IMG/VR virus record: IMGVR_UViG_3300007538_000026
Location: 1-64,000 of that record
Strand: one strand, 5' to 3'
From: an uncultured virus (IMG/VR IMGVR_UViG_3300007538_000026)
Taxonomy: Duplodnaviria > Heunggongvirae > Uroviricota > Caudoviricetes
DNA length: 64,000 nt
Shown here piece by piece: positions 47,122 through 57,537 of the stretch; position 1 is the stretch's first letter; the number at the start of each line of letters is the position of its first letter. The translations under genes and the position numbers were made by a program. Below the pieces are notes generated by a model that saw nothing but the letters and a program-made list of their open reading frames with translations, was not told the DNA's origin and made no database searches.

Positions 47122-48471
47122 CTACTGGTTGAGAGCCGCGGCCTGGCGGAGGATCTTCCGGATCAGGCCCTTCTCGTACATGTGGGCGTAGGGGTCCGGG
47201 ACACCGACGTGATCGGCCACGCGCTGCAGCTCCTGCAGGGAGAGCGTGCGGAGCCAGTCCGCGGTGATCTCGTCGGGGATCTCGACGTCAGCGGAGTCGC
47301 TGGCGGCCGGCTGCTGGACCTGCTGCCGCGGGGCCTCCGGCTTCGGGTCCGCGGGCTGCTGGACGAGCTGCGCCTGATGCGCCGCCACCTGCACGGGGGA
47401 GGGCTCGGTGTTCTCGGCGGGCGCGGCCTCGTCCGCCCCGGCGTCGCCGATGAGGTTCGCGACCGCGCGCATGTCGTTCTTGATGTCGTTCGGCACCTCG
47501 GCGGGCTCGGCGTGCTCATCGACGAACATCATGAGCGTGGCGATCTGCTCGAGCACGATCTCCTGCATGCCGTAGAGGCTGACGAAGCCGCGAGCGAGCG
47601 TGCTGCGTGCCGTGGTGTTGAGGTCGTGCAGGTCGCCGAACATGCTCCGGAGCTCCTCGACCTGGCCCTGCATGGCCTCGGTCAGGCGCCCCTCCAGCTC
47701 CTCGAGGGCACCCGCGAGGGCCTCTCCGTCGATGCCCACCTGGACCTGCTGGACCGGCTGCTGCTGGACCTGCGGGGAGGGGTGCTCGGTGTGCGGGATG
47801 ATGACCTCATCCTCGGGGACCTGCTGCTGCTGCTGCTGCTGGACCTGCTGCGGGACCTGGGCCGCGTCTCCGATGAGCGCCTCCAAGCCCTCGACCAGCT
47901 TGGCGCGGTTGCGCCCGGCCTTCTCGACCTGCAGGAGGCTCTGGAGCGCGGGAACGTCCCAGTCGCCCACATGGCGGATGATGCTGGGGAAGCGCTTCCC
48001 GAGCAGCTCGTCGTAGTTCGGGGCCGCGGCGGCCTGCTGCTGGGCCTGCGGAGGCGGCTGGACCTGCTGCTGCTGAACCTGCTGCTCCTGCTGCTGCGGG
48101 GCCTGGCCCTGCTGCGGGGCAGCGCCGTCGGCCTGGGGGAACACCTGGGGGAAGAGCGAGACGTCGAGCCCCAGCTCGGTCATGATGCTCTCGTCGGCCA
48201 GGTCGTTCCGGGCGGCGGCCAGCGCCTCCATGACGGCGTCGGACTTGGGCCACTGGAGCCCGTTGTCGCCTTCCACGATGCAGGCCTTGTAGGAGAAGAT
48301 GCCCTCACGCTCGGCGTCGATGAGGGAGGCGAGGTCGGCGTTCCTGAACTGGGTGACGGACTTGGCCGCGGCCAGGCCGTTGCCGATGCCGAACACCAGC
48401 TGGGCGAGAGCGAGGATGTTCGGGCGCCGCTTGGCGGCGTCGGCGGTGGGGGTGTTGATGTCGATACTCAT
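47122..48471 (-). CDS. Gln-rich multidomain protein with C-terminal Rho-N/HeH-like helical module
   Basis: Poly-Q linkers, EKAGRNRAKL motif, LRTLSLQELQRVADHVGV...LIRKIL. Confidence 0.7.
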   Translation of the reverse strand: MSIDINTPTADAAKRRPNILALAQLVFGIGNGLAAAKSVTQFRNADLASLIDAEREGIFSYKACIVEGDNGLQWPKSDAVMEALAAARNDLADESIMTELGLDVSLFPQVFPQADGAAPQQGQAPQQQEQQVQQQQVQPPPQAQQQAAAAPNYDELLGKRFPSIIRHVGDWDVPALQSLLQVEKAGRNRAKLVEGLEALIGDAAQVPQQVQQQQQQQVPEDEVIIPHTEHPSPQVQQQPVQQVQVGIDGEALAGALEELEGRLTEAMQGQVEELRSMFGDLHDLNTTARSTLARGFVSLYGMQEIVLEQIATLMMFVDEHAEPAEVPNDIKNDMRAVANLIGDAGADEAAPAENTEPSPVQVAAHQAQLVQQPADPKPEAPRQQVQQPAASDSADVEIPDEITADWLRTLSLQELQRVADHVGVPDPYAHMYEKGLIRKILRQAAALNQ

Positions 48472-48483
48472 CTTCTGCGTCCT

Positions 48484-48933
48484 CTACTGTGGGGTCACCT
48501 TGCGGTGGTTGGCGGTGTAGCACTCAACGACGCGGTTGTGCGGGCACTGGAAGCACTCGAAGCCGCAGGTGCTGGCGGAAGGCATGATCTGGGTGTTGCC
48601 GTGGGTGAACTCGTAGGTGCGCTCGCGCACTACTTCGAGTGGGTCGGGGGTCTCGATGGGCTCTCCCAGTAGGAGAGCGATGAGGTCTTCTCGGGGGAGC
48701 TGCCTGCTGGCCGACGCGTGCCCTTGCATCTGGCACAACTGGGCGATCTCCGTGGTGCTCATATCGTTGACGAGGGTGAAGTCGAGGCAGATTTCGTCCG
48801 CCTTCTTCTTTCGCTTCCGGGCCATGGGTCCTTCCTCGGGGAACAGCTCTTCCAGCTCGGCAATCCGACTCTCCATGCGCTCGAGCTGGGAGTGCATGTC
48901 GAGTACGAGCCTAACCAGCCGCTCCTGCTTCAT
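48484..48933 (-). CDS. Hypothetical protein (HeH-like segment plus Cys cluster)
   Basis: MSTTEIAQLC...PREDLIALL and CGFECFQC...C. The start may be internal at MARKRK. Confidence 0.6.
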   Translation of the reverse strand: MKQERLVRLVLDMHSQLERMESRIAELEELFPEEGPMARKRKKKADEICLDFTLVNDMSTTEIAQLCQMQGHASASRQLPREDLIALLLGEPIETPDPLEVVRERTYEFTHGNTQIMPSASTCGFECFQCPHNRVVECYTANHRKVTPQ

Positions 48934-49369
48934 GGGGGTCGTCCTCCAGCGCGGAAGGGTAGAGGTAAGCGACCACGCGTGGTCCTTGTGAGTAGGCTTC
49001 CCGCTTATGCAGGAGAACGTCGAAGTTATTCCGGTCGCTCAGGCCCACCAGCTTGGCGATGCAGTCCTCTACCAGCTTGATGAGGTTGGACACGTCGACG
49101 TTCTTGTAGGGGTGCTTGGTCTTCGCCTTCACGCCCCAGGAGAGGTTGTAGAGGTCTTCGGGGGCGATGTAGAACCAGACCTCGAGGGTGTAGGCCTGCT
49201 CCCGCTCTACTCGGATAGCGAGGAAGTCCTTGGTGGACATCCCTCCTTGGGCGGCGAGGAAGGCCTGCCTCCAGTTCCTACCTGCCGTGGTGAGGATCTT
49301 GCGTCCCCGGGCCACGGTGTAGAGCTTGTTGACGGACACGGGGAGGGCGGGGAACTGGAAGCAGTACAT
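48911..49369 (-). CDS. rusA: RusA-like Holliday junction resolvase
   Basis: PVSVNKLY...R...GR and DVSNLIKLVED...D. Confidence 0.7.
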   Translation of the reverse strand: MYCFQFPALPVSVNKLYTVARGRKILTTAGRNWRQAFLAAQGGMSTKDFLAIRVEREQAYTLEVWFYIAPEDLYNLSWGVKAKTKHPYKNVDVSNLIKLVEDCIAKLVGLSDRNNFDVLLHKREAYSQGPRVVAYLYPSALEDDPHEAGAAG

Positions 49370-49992
49370 CAGCGGGGCCTACGCCAGCGCTGGGGGTTGA
49401 CGACCGGCGCGGTGCGCTCCTGCCGATCCTGGTTCTCGACGTCCTGGGCCTTCCTGGTCTGCTCACGGGAGATGAGGTTGAGGGAGCGCTTCATCTGCTC
49501 GAACCGCTCCTGCGTCTTGCGCATGTAGACCTCCATGCGCAGCAGGCCAGCGTCGGCGGAGACGAAGCGCTCATCCATGTCGATCTTGGCGTCCAGCATG
49601 GCCGCTGCGATGCCGCAGTCCTCCTTGTAGTAGATCTTCAGCGCACTCTGAAGCACCCGGACAGTTCGGGACTGGACCAGGTGCATGGCCTTGGAGCGCA
49701 TGTACTCGGCGGACAGGTAGTTGGTCCAGCCGCTGGCGTAGCCGAAGAGCTTGCCCAGTGTGACCAGGTCGAGCTCGGTGACGTCGGCGGGCACGATGGG
49801 GTCCCCGTTCTCAGCGAACTCGATGTGGCCCTCGAGGCCAGTCGGGAGCGCGGGGATGGGGAGCCTGTCGCTGATCGCACGTTCGGCCAAGCTGCGGTCG
49901 ACATCGTCGATGATGTTGTCGTAGATGTCGATGAGCTCGTCGATGCGGACGTTGCTCGGGACGGGGAACGCGGCACCGCCTGTGTGGGACAT
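49369..49992 (-). CDS. Helical protein, possible UvsY-like recombination mediator
   Basis: Coiled-coil C-half (IDMDERF...ISREQTR) next to RecA and nucleases. The family call is weak. Confidence 0.4.
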   Translation of the reverse strand: MSHTGGAAFPVPSNVRIDELIDIYDNIIDDVDRSLAERAISDRLPIPALPTGLEGHIEFAENGDPIVPADVTELDLVTLGKLFGYASGWTNYLSAEYMRSKAMHLVQSRTVRVLQSALKIYYKEDCGIAAAMLDAKIDMDERFVSADAGLLRMEVYMRKTQERFEQMKRSLNLISREQTRKAQDVENQDRQERTAPVVNPQRWRRPR

Positions 49993-51311
49993 CAGAACCT
50001 CCTCTGCCGCTTGTACGCAGCGGGCTTGCAGGTCCACATGTAGGGGCACTCCCCGCACTTGGACTTGATGTCGATCTGCGGGGGGAGCAGGCCCTGTTGG
50101 ACCGTCTTGATGATGTGGGCGCAGCGGGTGGCTGTCTTCTTCCAGGACACCCGGTTGTGCGGCGTCACGAACTGCTTCATGACGCCCTCTTCCTTGTTGA
50201 CGTAGAGGTAGAGGACGCGCTCCAAGCCGAGCAAGGCGCAGTAGATGTTGGCCTGGTCAACATGCTCGCGCTTCGCCTTGGTGAACTTCTTGTAGCTGCT
50301 GCCCCCCGCACTCTTGATCTCGTAGCCGAGCACGTCTTCCTGCCCGTCACAGTGCCCGGTGATCTTGAGCTGCTCGTGCTGGACACGCACTTCCTCCTGG
50401 AAGGCGTCTCCCTTGGCGATGGCCAGGGCCATCTGCACGATGTCGTGGAGCGCGTGCCCGGCGTTGAAGATGCGGCGCAGGTGCGACGAGATCTGCCCCA
50501 TCTGACGGATGCCCATGAGGCCATAGGCGATGCGGCGGTCGCAGGGCGTCATGGAGAGCTCGGACGGATGGATGCAGTGCGTAGCCCGCCCCGAGTCCTT
50601 GAAGTTCAGGCTGAACAGGTACCTGTCGAGCTCGATGATGATGTCGGTGGTGGGCACCGCCCGGATGCCGTTGCTCGGCCAAGGGTCGGGAGGGCCGAAG
50701 CGGTCTGCATCACACTTGGTGGCGTAGGGGCAGGCCGCGCAGTCGTTGTCGGACGCTGTCCCGCCGGGGAAGCCCTCACCGCGCCAGAGGCTCGCCAGGT
50801 AGGCGGGTACCTTCGCCACAGCTTTCCCGGCCTCGTCGATGTCCGTGAGCGTCCAGGCTGACCACTTCTGCGTGTTGCGGTCCACCAGGATGACGATGAC
50901 TGCCTCCGCGCCGAGCATGTGGGCGCGGGCCGCTGCGATGAGCTTGGAGCGCGCAGGGAACTGGGGGAACACCCGGGTGGACTCGTGGGAGAGCATCACG
51001 GGAAGTCCGTCGAGGTAGCCCAGGTGCTGTACTTGTACCCCGGAGTACAGCGTAGGAGCTGCGCGAGAGAAGCGGGTGGGGAAGCACGCGGCCAGGTAGC
51101 GCTGCACGTGCTCCCCGAACTTGTACTCGTAGAGCCGCAGCAGGACCTTGGCGGGATCCTCGAGGCGGTCGGGTTCTTCCCCGATGAGCTGTAGGTAGAG
51201 GCGCCAGCTGCACGGCGTCTTGACGACGTCAGCGACCTCTACCTCTTGGGGGTAGCTGCCGATGCGGCTCAGCACCTGCTCAACGGCTGCTACTGCGTCC
51301 ACTGTCTGCAT
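49992..51311 (-). CDS. Cas4-like PD-(D/E)XK exonuclease with tandem duplicated domain
   Basis: C-domain PSE...C.R...GHALH...GHCDG...EIKS...QANIY...CGECPY...C. The N-domain retains C...CAACPY...C. Confidence 0.8.
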   Translation of the reverse strand: MQTVDAVAAVEQVLSRIGSYPQEVEVADVVKTPCSWRLYLQLIGEEPDRLEDPAKVLLRLYEYKFGEHVQRYLAACFPTRFSRAAPTLYSGVQVQHLGYLDGLPVMLSHESTRVFPQFPARSKLIAAARAHMLGAEAVIVILVDRNTQKWSAWTLTDIDEAGKAVAKVPAYLASLWRGEGFPGGTASDNDCAACPYATKCDADRFGPPDPWPSNGIRAVPTTDIIIELDRYLFSLNFKDSGRATHCIHPSELSMTPCDRRIAYGLMGIRQMGQISSHLRRIFNAGHALHDIVQMALAIAKGDAFQEEVRVQHEQLKITGHCDGQEDVLGYEIKSAGGSSYKKFTKAKREHVDQANIYCALLGLERVLYLYVNKEEGVMKQFVTPHNRVSWKKTATRCAHIIKTVQQGLLPPQIDIKSKCGECPYMWTCKPAAYKRQRRF

Positions 51312-51887
51312 GGAATCTCCTGAAGGCGGCTTCCGACATGACCACGGCCCGGGGTTCCAAGGGGATCTCCAAGGGCTCGGGGTAGTCGTGTCGTGCGAAG
51401 GTCACACCCCCGCGGGTGAGCGGGAGGGCCCCGCGGTCGGGTAGGTGCCCCTCCAAAGCTGCAGCTCGGGCGAGGACGATGGTGATGTGGGGGTGCTGGG
51501 TGAACACGACACGCAGGAGGGGTTCCTCGCCGGCGGCGAGGGCTCCTTGGACGAAGTCAGTCCAGGTGGAGCCCTTCAGCCGGTAGCGGTCGCTGCGAGT
51601 ACTCTTGTTCTCGACGCGCCACGCGCCGAGCGTCCGGACGTCGCCGTCCATGTTCTCGGCGCCAGAGCGCAGGGTCTCTCGGCCTCCAACCAGGGCGGCA
51701 GCTCCCTTCTCGGTAGAGCGCCAGGCCTGCTTCTTGAGGTGCTTGGGTTGTGCCCGCTTCTTGCGTGGGCAGTCGTCGGCGTGGTCGATCCCGTCCAGGA
51801 TGTTGGCGGTCCTGTTCTTCAGGACGCGCTTGACCCGGACGGGTCCCTCGCGGCCGCACAGTAGGCAGCGGCTCTGGCGCCAGTCGC

Positions 51888-51891
<4 letters not shown>
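51280..51891 (-). CDS. PD-(D/E)XK nuclease, Holliday-junction-resolvase-like, with N-terminal Cys pair
   Basis: E...A...GG...SGA...GDV...VENKST. Confidence 0.65.
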
Positions 51892-52954
<1,063 letters not shown>

Positions 52955-52955
<1 letters not shown>

Positions 52956-53101
52956 TACTTCTTCTCCTCACGCACGGGCTGCTTGCGCTCGCGGACTTCG
53001 CCCTTCTCGGGGCGGGACAGCTGCTTGGCCTGGGCTTCGGCCGCGGCGTGGGCCTTCTTCTCCATGTCGGTCTGGACGACACCGTGCTTCTCGATGGTCA
53101 T
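52955..53101 (-). CDS. Small charged protein (48 aa, not in ORF track)
   Basis: [25 protein letters not shown]...EEKK*, with the stop overlapping the recA GTG. Confidence 0.55.
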
Positions 53102-53120
53102 GGCGGACTCCTGGTGGGCC

Positions 53121-55013
53121 TTAGCCCTTGGCGGCTCCCCAGTTCTCCACAGCGGCAGGCTCTGCCGGCAGGGGAACGGGGAGGGGTTGATCGAAGGGAC
53201 GCTCCATCACGTACTGGACGTACTCCATGGCCTCGGCGTGGGTTTCCCGCGGGCCGCAGAAGACGAGCTCGTCGTGCACCTGCAGGCGCAGGGTCGTACC
53301 GAGCTCGTGCACGAGGTAGGCGTCGTTGTTGAGGCGGATCATCGCTTTCTTCACGATGTCCGCAGCGCTGCCCTGGATGGGCGCGTTGATGGCCTGGTTC
53401 TCTGCGTGCCCTCGCAGGCGCCAGTTCTTGGCCTTCGCTTTGGACAGCCGCCGCAGGCGGCCACAGATGGTCTGCACGTACCCCTTCTTGCGCGCGTGCT
53501 CGATCATCGAGTCCATGTAGGTCTGCACCCCGGGGTAGATGGCGAGGTACTGGTCGATGTAGCCCTGGGCCTCTTCCCGAGACACTACGCGACCCAGCTT
53601 CTGCGTGAGCTGGACAGCCAGGCCCACCGAGGTGATCCCGTAGACGATACCGAAGCCGACGTTCTTGGCTCCCTGACGCATCTGGAGCGCAATGGCGTCC
53701 CCGATGGTCTTGAGCGCGACGAACTCGTCGTATTCGATGCCCATCATCATCGCCGCCGTGAACGAGTGCATGTCCAGGCCTTCGTTGATGGCACGGATCA
53801 TGGTCGGGTCGTTCGCGAAGCACGCGAGGATGCGCATCTCCAGCTGGGCATAGTCTGCGACGATGAGCAACTGGCTCGGGTCGTCAGGCACGAAGACGGA
53901 GCGGATGCCGTGGGGGTCGTTGTCCGGGCGAGGGACGTTCTGGAGGTTGGGGTCGGACGAGCCGAGACGGCCCGTGAGCTTCGTAGCGGAGTACGTAGTG
54001 TGGATGCGCCCGTCGGCCTGAATCCACTTCGCCAGGCCCTCGGCGTAGGTGCCCTTGAGCTTCGACGCCTTTCGGTACTGCAGGATGAGCTCGCACTCCT
54101 TGACTCCCTGGCCCACGAAGTACTTCAGCGTCTTCTCGTCACAGCTCGGGTCCCCTCCGGGGGTCTTGCTTCGCGGCGTCAGGCCGAGGTCGCGGAACAG
54201 CAGTTCGCGCACCTGCTTGGTGCTGTTCGGGTTGAAAGGCTTCCCGACCATGCAGTTGAGCTCGAAGGCGACATCGTCCATCTCCCGCTGGAGAGAGACT
54301 CCCATGTGCTCGAGCCCATCCCGGTCCACGCGGATACCGCGCCGTTCCATGTCGAAGAGGCACAGCAGCTGCGGTTCTTCGGTGTCCCAGTAGTGGCTGA
54401 GCAGGGTGGTGTCGAGGTCAGGCCACAGGCGCACCTGGCCCAGCTTCTCCATGTGGTGCTCGGCCAGCTTGCGGGTCACCCACGGGTCCAGGGACGCATA
54501 GTCGAGGAACTTGGCCCAGAGGGCGTGCCCAGGCTGGACCTCGCGAGGGTCGGCCTTGCCGAACAGCTCCTTGTACTTGCCCATCGGGATGCCGAAGTAG
54601 TCCCACGAGCACTGGTCGAGGCTGTGGCGGTTCTCCCGCGTGTCCTCGTCGTAGAGGAAGTCCCCCATGAGCGTGTCGAAGGTGTGGCCCCCCACCGCGA
54701 TGCCTGCGTTGGCGAAGCGGTGGAAGTCGTACTTCATGTTGTGCATCGCCTTGACGCTGTGCTCGTTCTCCAGCACGGGGGCGAAGTGGCGCAGGTAGCG
54801 GTACGGCACCAGGTAGCGGGTGTACTCGTCCGGACTCAGGCCCGTGTACAGGGCCTGGTCCGTCATGTTGGTGTAGATGGTGGTGCTGAGGATCTGCAGG
54901 GTCTCGGTGTCGGCACCCAGCAGGGTAGCGTCCATGCAGCGCCGTACACTCTCCTCCACAGCTTCGGGGGTGTCCACATAGACGGGCGGCGGCGCCGCGG
55001 TCACGAACTCCAT
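53121..55013 (-). CDS. polA: Family A DNA polymerase (3'-5' exo plus polymerase, no 5'-3' exo)
   Basis: DTET, HNMKYD, YASLD exo motifs. DYAQLEMR, RQGAKNVGFGIVYG, QVHDE polymerase motifs. Confidence 0.95.
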   Translation of the reverse strand: MEFVTAAPPPVYVDTPEAVEESVRRCMDATLLGADTETLQILSTTIYTNMTDQALYTGLSPDEYTRYLVPYRYLRHFAPVLENEHSVKAMHNMKYDFHRFANAGIAVGGHTFDTLMGDFLYDEDTRENRHSLDQCSWDYFGIPMGKYKELFGKADPREVQPGHALWAKFLDYASLDPWVTRKLAEHHMEKLGQVRLWPDLDTTLLSHYWDTEEPQLLCLFDMERRGIRVDRDGLEHMGVSLQREMDDVAFELNCMVGKPFNPNSTKQVRELLFRDLGLTPRSKTPGGDPSCDEKTLKYFVGQGVKECELILQYRKASKLKGTYAEGLAKWIQADGRIHTTYSATKLTGRLGSSDPNLQNVPRPDNDPHGIRSVFVPDDPSQLLIVADYAQLEMRILACFANDPTMIRAINEGLDMHSFTAAMMMGIEYDEFVALKTIGDAIALQMRQGAKNVGFGIVYGITSVGLAVQLTQKLGRVVSREEAQGYIDQYLAIYPGVQTYMDSMIEHARKKGYVQTICGRLRRLSKAKAKNWRLRGHAENQAINAPIQGSAADIVKKAMIRLNNDAYLVHELGTTLRLQVHDELVFCGPRETHAEAMEYVQYVMERPFDQPLPVPLPAEPAAVENWGAAKG

Positions 55014-56167
55014 CAGGCGACTCCTTCGAGCTGATCGGTGAGTTGTACGAGGGCCGGGAGATCTCCCATGGGGAGGTCCTCGCCGAGCAGGGCAGATAGG
55101 GTCTCGAGGGCGGTGCAGTACAGCCTGGCGTTACGCTGCATGTTCTTGACCCACCAGTCCGCGGGAGGCTCTCGGCGGTGCTGGATGTCGTCTACGCGGG
55201 CAGCGACATTCTCGAGCAGCCGGCGGTGGTTCTCCCGGTAGGCCTCGGGCGCGCGCGCCTCTATCTCCTGCACGATGTCTGCGTCGGAGATGCCGTGCCA
55301 GCGTAGCGACGAGACGGCGACCTTCATCTCCCAGGAGATCTGCCCGTTCTCCAGGCGCAGCTTCCACGGGTTGTCCTGGTCGAAGCGCAGGGGATCGTAG
55401 GTCTCCAGGCAGGACAGCAGGCGCTCCCAGGACAGCATCTCACCTGCCCAGCAGGCGCGGGAGGCGTGCACCCACAGGGGCCTCCCGTCTGCCGACGTGG
55501 TGCCGCTGTGCGCCTTCGCGTTGCGGTCCCGTTCGGGGTGGAGGTACCCCATGACCTGGTGCTCCGGGTGGAACAGCACGAGGGGAGGTGGGGCGTCGAG
55601 CGGGGGCTCGCTGTCGTAGATCGCTTCGGGGGAGGGCACGAATACCTGGACACCCGCCGCATGCAGGTGGCGGAACACCGGAGCGCTGATGCTCGCGTAG
55701 ATCTCGCCGTCGTTGTAGACGTAGTAGAGCTCCTTGTCGCGCAGGGGAACGGGGGTGTCGCGCTCCTGCTCGGAGTCGTACACCGTCGTCATCTTGCCCG
55801 CGACGTACGCTTCGGTCATCGAAGCGTGCATGTCTCGGCGGGTGAGCACGTCGTAGCGGGGTAGGCCTGCAGTCGCGGCGGTGATGGTGGGGACGTTGTA
55901 GCCCTCGGCCATCACGGGGACGAACTTGCGGCAGTAGGGGGGAAGGAACCTGTCAGGAGTGATGCTGCTGGCGTAGATGACGCGCCAGTCAACCGGGGCA
56001 TCGCCCGCCTGGGCCAGGATGTCCCTGGCGTGGGCGGGCAGCAAGCCGCTGTGCGGGAGGAGTAGGCACCACTGCGTGTTGCCCAGGTACACCCGCCCGT
56101 CGTCGAGCTGCAGCAGCACGACGTTGTCACCCATCTGGCGGGTTGACTCCTTGCTCAAAAAGAACAC
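55013..56167 (-). CDS. Hypothetical protein
   Basis: 384 aa, GGAGG RBS, stop coupled to the polA start. Confidence 0.65.
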   Translation of the reverse strand: MFFLSKESTRQMGDNVVLLQLDDGRVYLGNTQWCLLLPHSGLLPAHARDILAQAGDAPVDWRVIYASSITPDRFLPPYCRKFVPVMAEGYNVPTITAATAGLPRYDVLTRRDMHASMTEAYVAGKMTTVYDSEQERDTPVPLRDKELYYVYNDGEIYASISAPVFRHLHAAGVQVFVPSPEAIYDSEPPLDAPPPLVLFHPEHQVMGYLHPERDRNAKAHSGTTSADGRPLWVHASRACWAGEMLSWERLLSCLETYDPLRFDQDNPWKLRLENGQISWEMKVAVSSLRWHGISDADIVQEIEARAPEAYRENHRRLLENVAARVDDIQHRREPPADWWVKNMQRNARLYCTALETLSALLGEDLPMGDLPALVQLTDQLEGVA

Positions 56168-56342
56168 TCAGCCTCCTCTTGGGACGCACGGCGAGGGTGT
56201 GGCACAGGCGGAGGTAGGCCTCGTAGGACCTCCTCGCCTGTGCCACGTCACCGAGCTCGAGTTGTACGAGGGTGTGCATGTGGGCCAGGGCCAAGCGGTG
56301 CCTCAAGCACCGCAGGGCGTCTGACCGCTCATGCCAGCCCAT
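56127..56342 (-). CDS. Small hypothetical protein
   Basis: Fills the gap after the SSB gene. Weak support. Confidence 0.35.
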   Translation of the reverse strand: MGWHERSDALRCLRHRLALAHMHTLVQLELGDVAQARRSYEAYLRLCHTLAVRPKRRLSVLFEQGVNPPDG

Positions 56343-56346
56343 CTAT

Positions 56347-57537
56347 CTACTGGGGCCGGCGGAACTGCCGCTGGCCTCCGCCACCGCCCCAGGGGGCGGA
56401 GCGGGTCTGGGTCTGGGCCTGGTAGGGGTTGGGGCGCTTGAGCTGCTTGGCCTGCACGTCCAGCACGGCCGCCACGTACTCGGCGTCGGAGCTGAACTTG
56501 GAGCGGTCCACGCGCTCGGGACGGAAGCGGTGGTGCAGGTCCCAGTGCTGGAGCAGCGCCTTGAGCTCGGCGTCGTCCAGCCCGTAGCCCTGCAGGTCGT
56601 TGTGGATGTTGGAGAAGGGCTGGCTGCGGTCGAAGTTCAGCGTGGTGTACTTCCGCTGACGGCCCGAACGGTCGGTCTTGACCTCGCCCGCGCAGTTGAC
56701 CTCGAGGGTCTTGTCGAACACGGTAGCCGGGACGGGGTCATGCGCCTCGCTGGCGCACATCTGGATCTCCTTGGGGTAGCCGCGCTTCCCGCACTTGGGG
56801 CACTCGTGCTCCTGCTCGATGAACTCCAGGATCTTCTCGGGGGGTTCGGTCTGCAGGTGATGCTCCTCGAACCAGGCGTGCATCTGGCAGTGGGGGCAGA
56901 CGAACTCGACGGGGAACACGTCCTGACCGCAGACCTGGCCCGTGGCCTGGTCGTAGTGCAGGCAGGTCTGCCCGAGGATGTCGTTGACCGCGTACAGCTG
57001 CTGGAAGTGGGTCTTGCCCATCTCCCAGACCTTGTGCCCGCCCATGAAGCGCTCGGCGACGGAGGGGTCGTGGCTGTTGCAGAAGCGGCAGCGGTTGCGC
57101 TGGGGCAGGATCTCGTCGGACATGCAGCGCTCGAAGGCGATCTTGCCGTCGGAGCCCTTGACCCGGTGGTAGAAGCGCAGGTCGATGACCTCGATGGCGT
57201 AGACCAGGCGCGGGTACAGCTTGTCGATGTCCTTCTGCTGCTGTTCCGTGAGGCTACCTCCGGCGTTCCGGGCCTGCTGGGCCTGGTGGAGGTAGTGGCA
57301 GTAGACGCAGTGACCCTCGAACCCGGGCCACTCGCTGGTGCAGGTACGGGGCCCGGCGCCGGGCAGCCAGTGACGCTTGAGCACGAGCAGCTCATCGTTG
57401 GCCGGCGCGAGCACGCGCACCATGCCACGCTCGCCCGCAGCGATCTTGTAGATCTCGGCCTCCCACGGATCGTAGGCCGTGGTCGGCGCGAGCTGCTCCG
57501 CCTGGCGGCGGGCATTGCGGAATGCACTCCAGCTCAT
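56347..57537 (-). CDS. T4 gp32-like single-stranded DNA-binding protein with extra Zn fingers
   Basis: VRVL.P...H...C...CVYC...R..Y...VID...KVWEMGK. Additional CRFC, CPHC, CPKC. Confidence 0.6.
   Translation of the reverse strand: MSWSAFRNARRQAEQLAPTTAYDPWEAEIYKIAAGERGMVRVLAPANDELLVLKRHWLPGAGPRTCTSEWPGFEGHCVYCHYLHQAQQARNAGGSLTEQQQKDIDKLYPRLVYAIEVIDLRFYHRVKGSDGKIAFERCMSDEILPQRNRCRFCNSHDPSVAERFMGGHKVWEMGKTHFQQLYAVNDILGQTCLHYDQATGQVCGQDVFPVEFVCPHCQMHAWFEEHHLQTEPPEKILEFIEQEHECPKCGKRGYPKEIQMCASEAHDPVPATVFDKTLEVNCAGEVKTDRSGRQRKYTTLNFDRSQPFSNIHNDLQGYGLDDAELKALLQHWDLHHRFRPERVDRSKFSSDAEYVAAVLDVQAKQLKRPNPYQAQTQTRSAPWGGGGGQRQFRRPQ

Noticed and set aside
49992..51311. CRISPR-Cas locus suggested by the Cas4-like gene
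   Set aside because: No repeat-spacer array or other cas genes are visible. The context is phage recombination.
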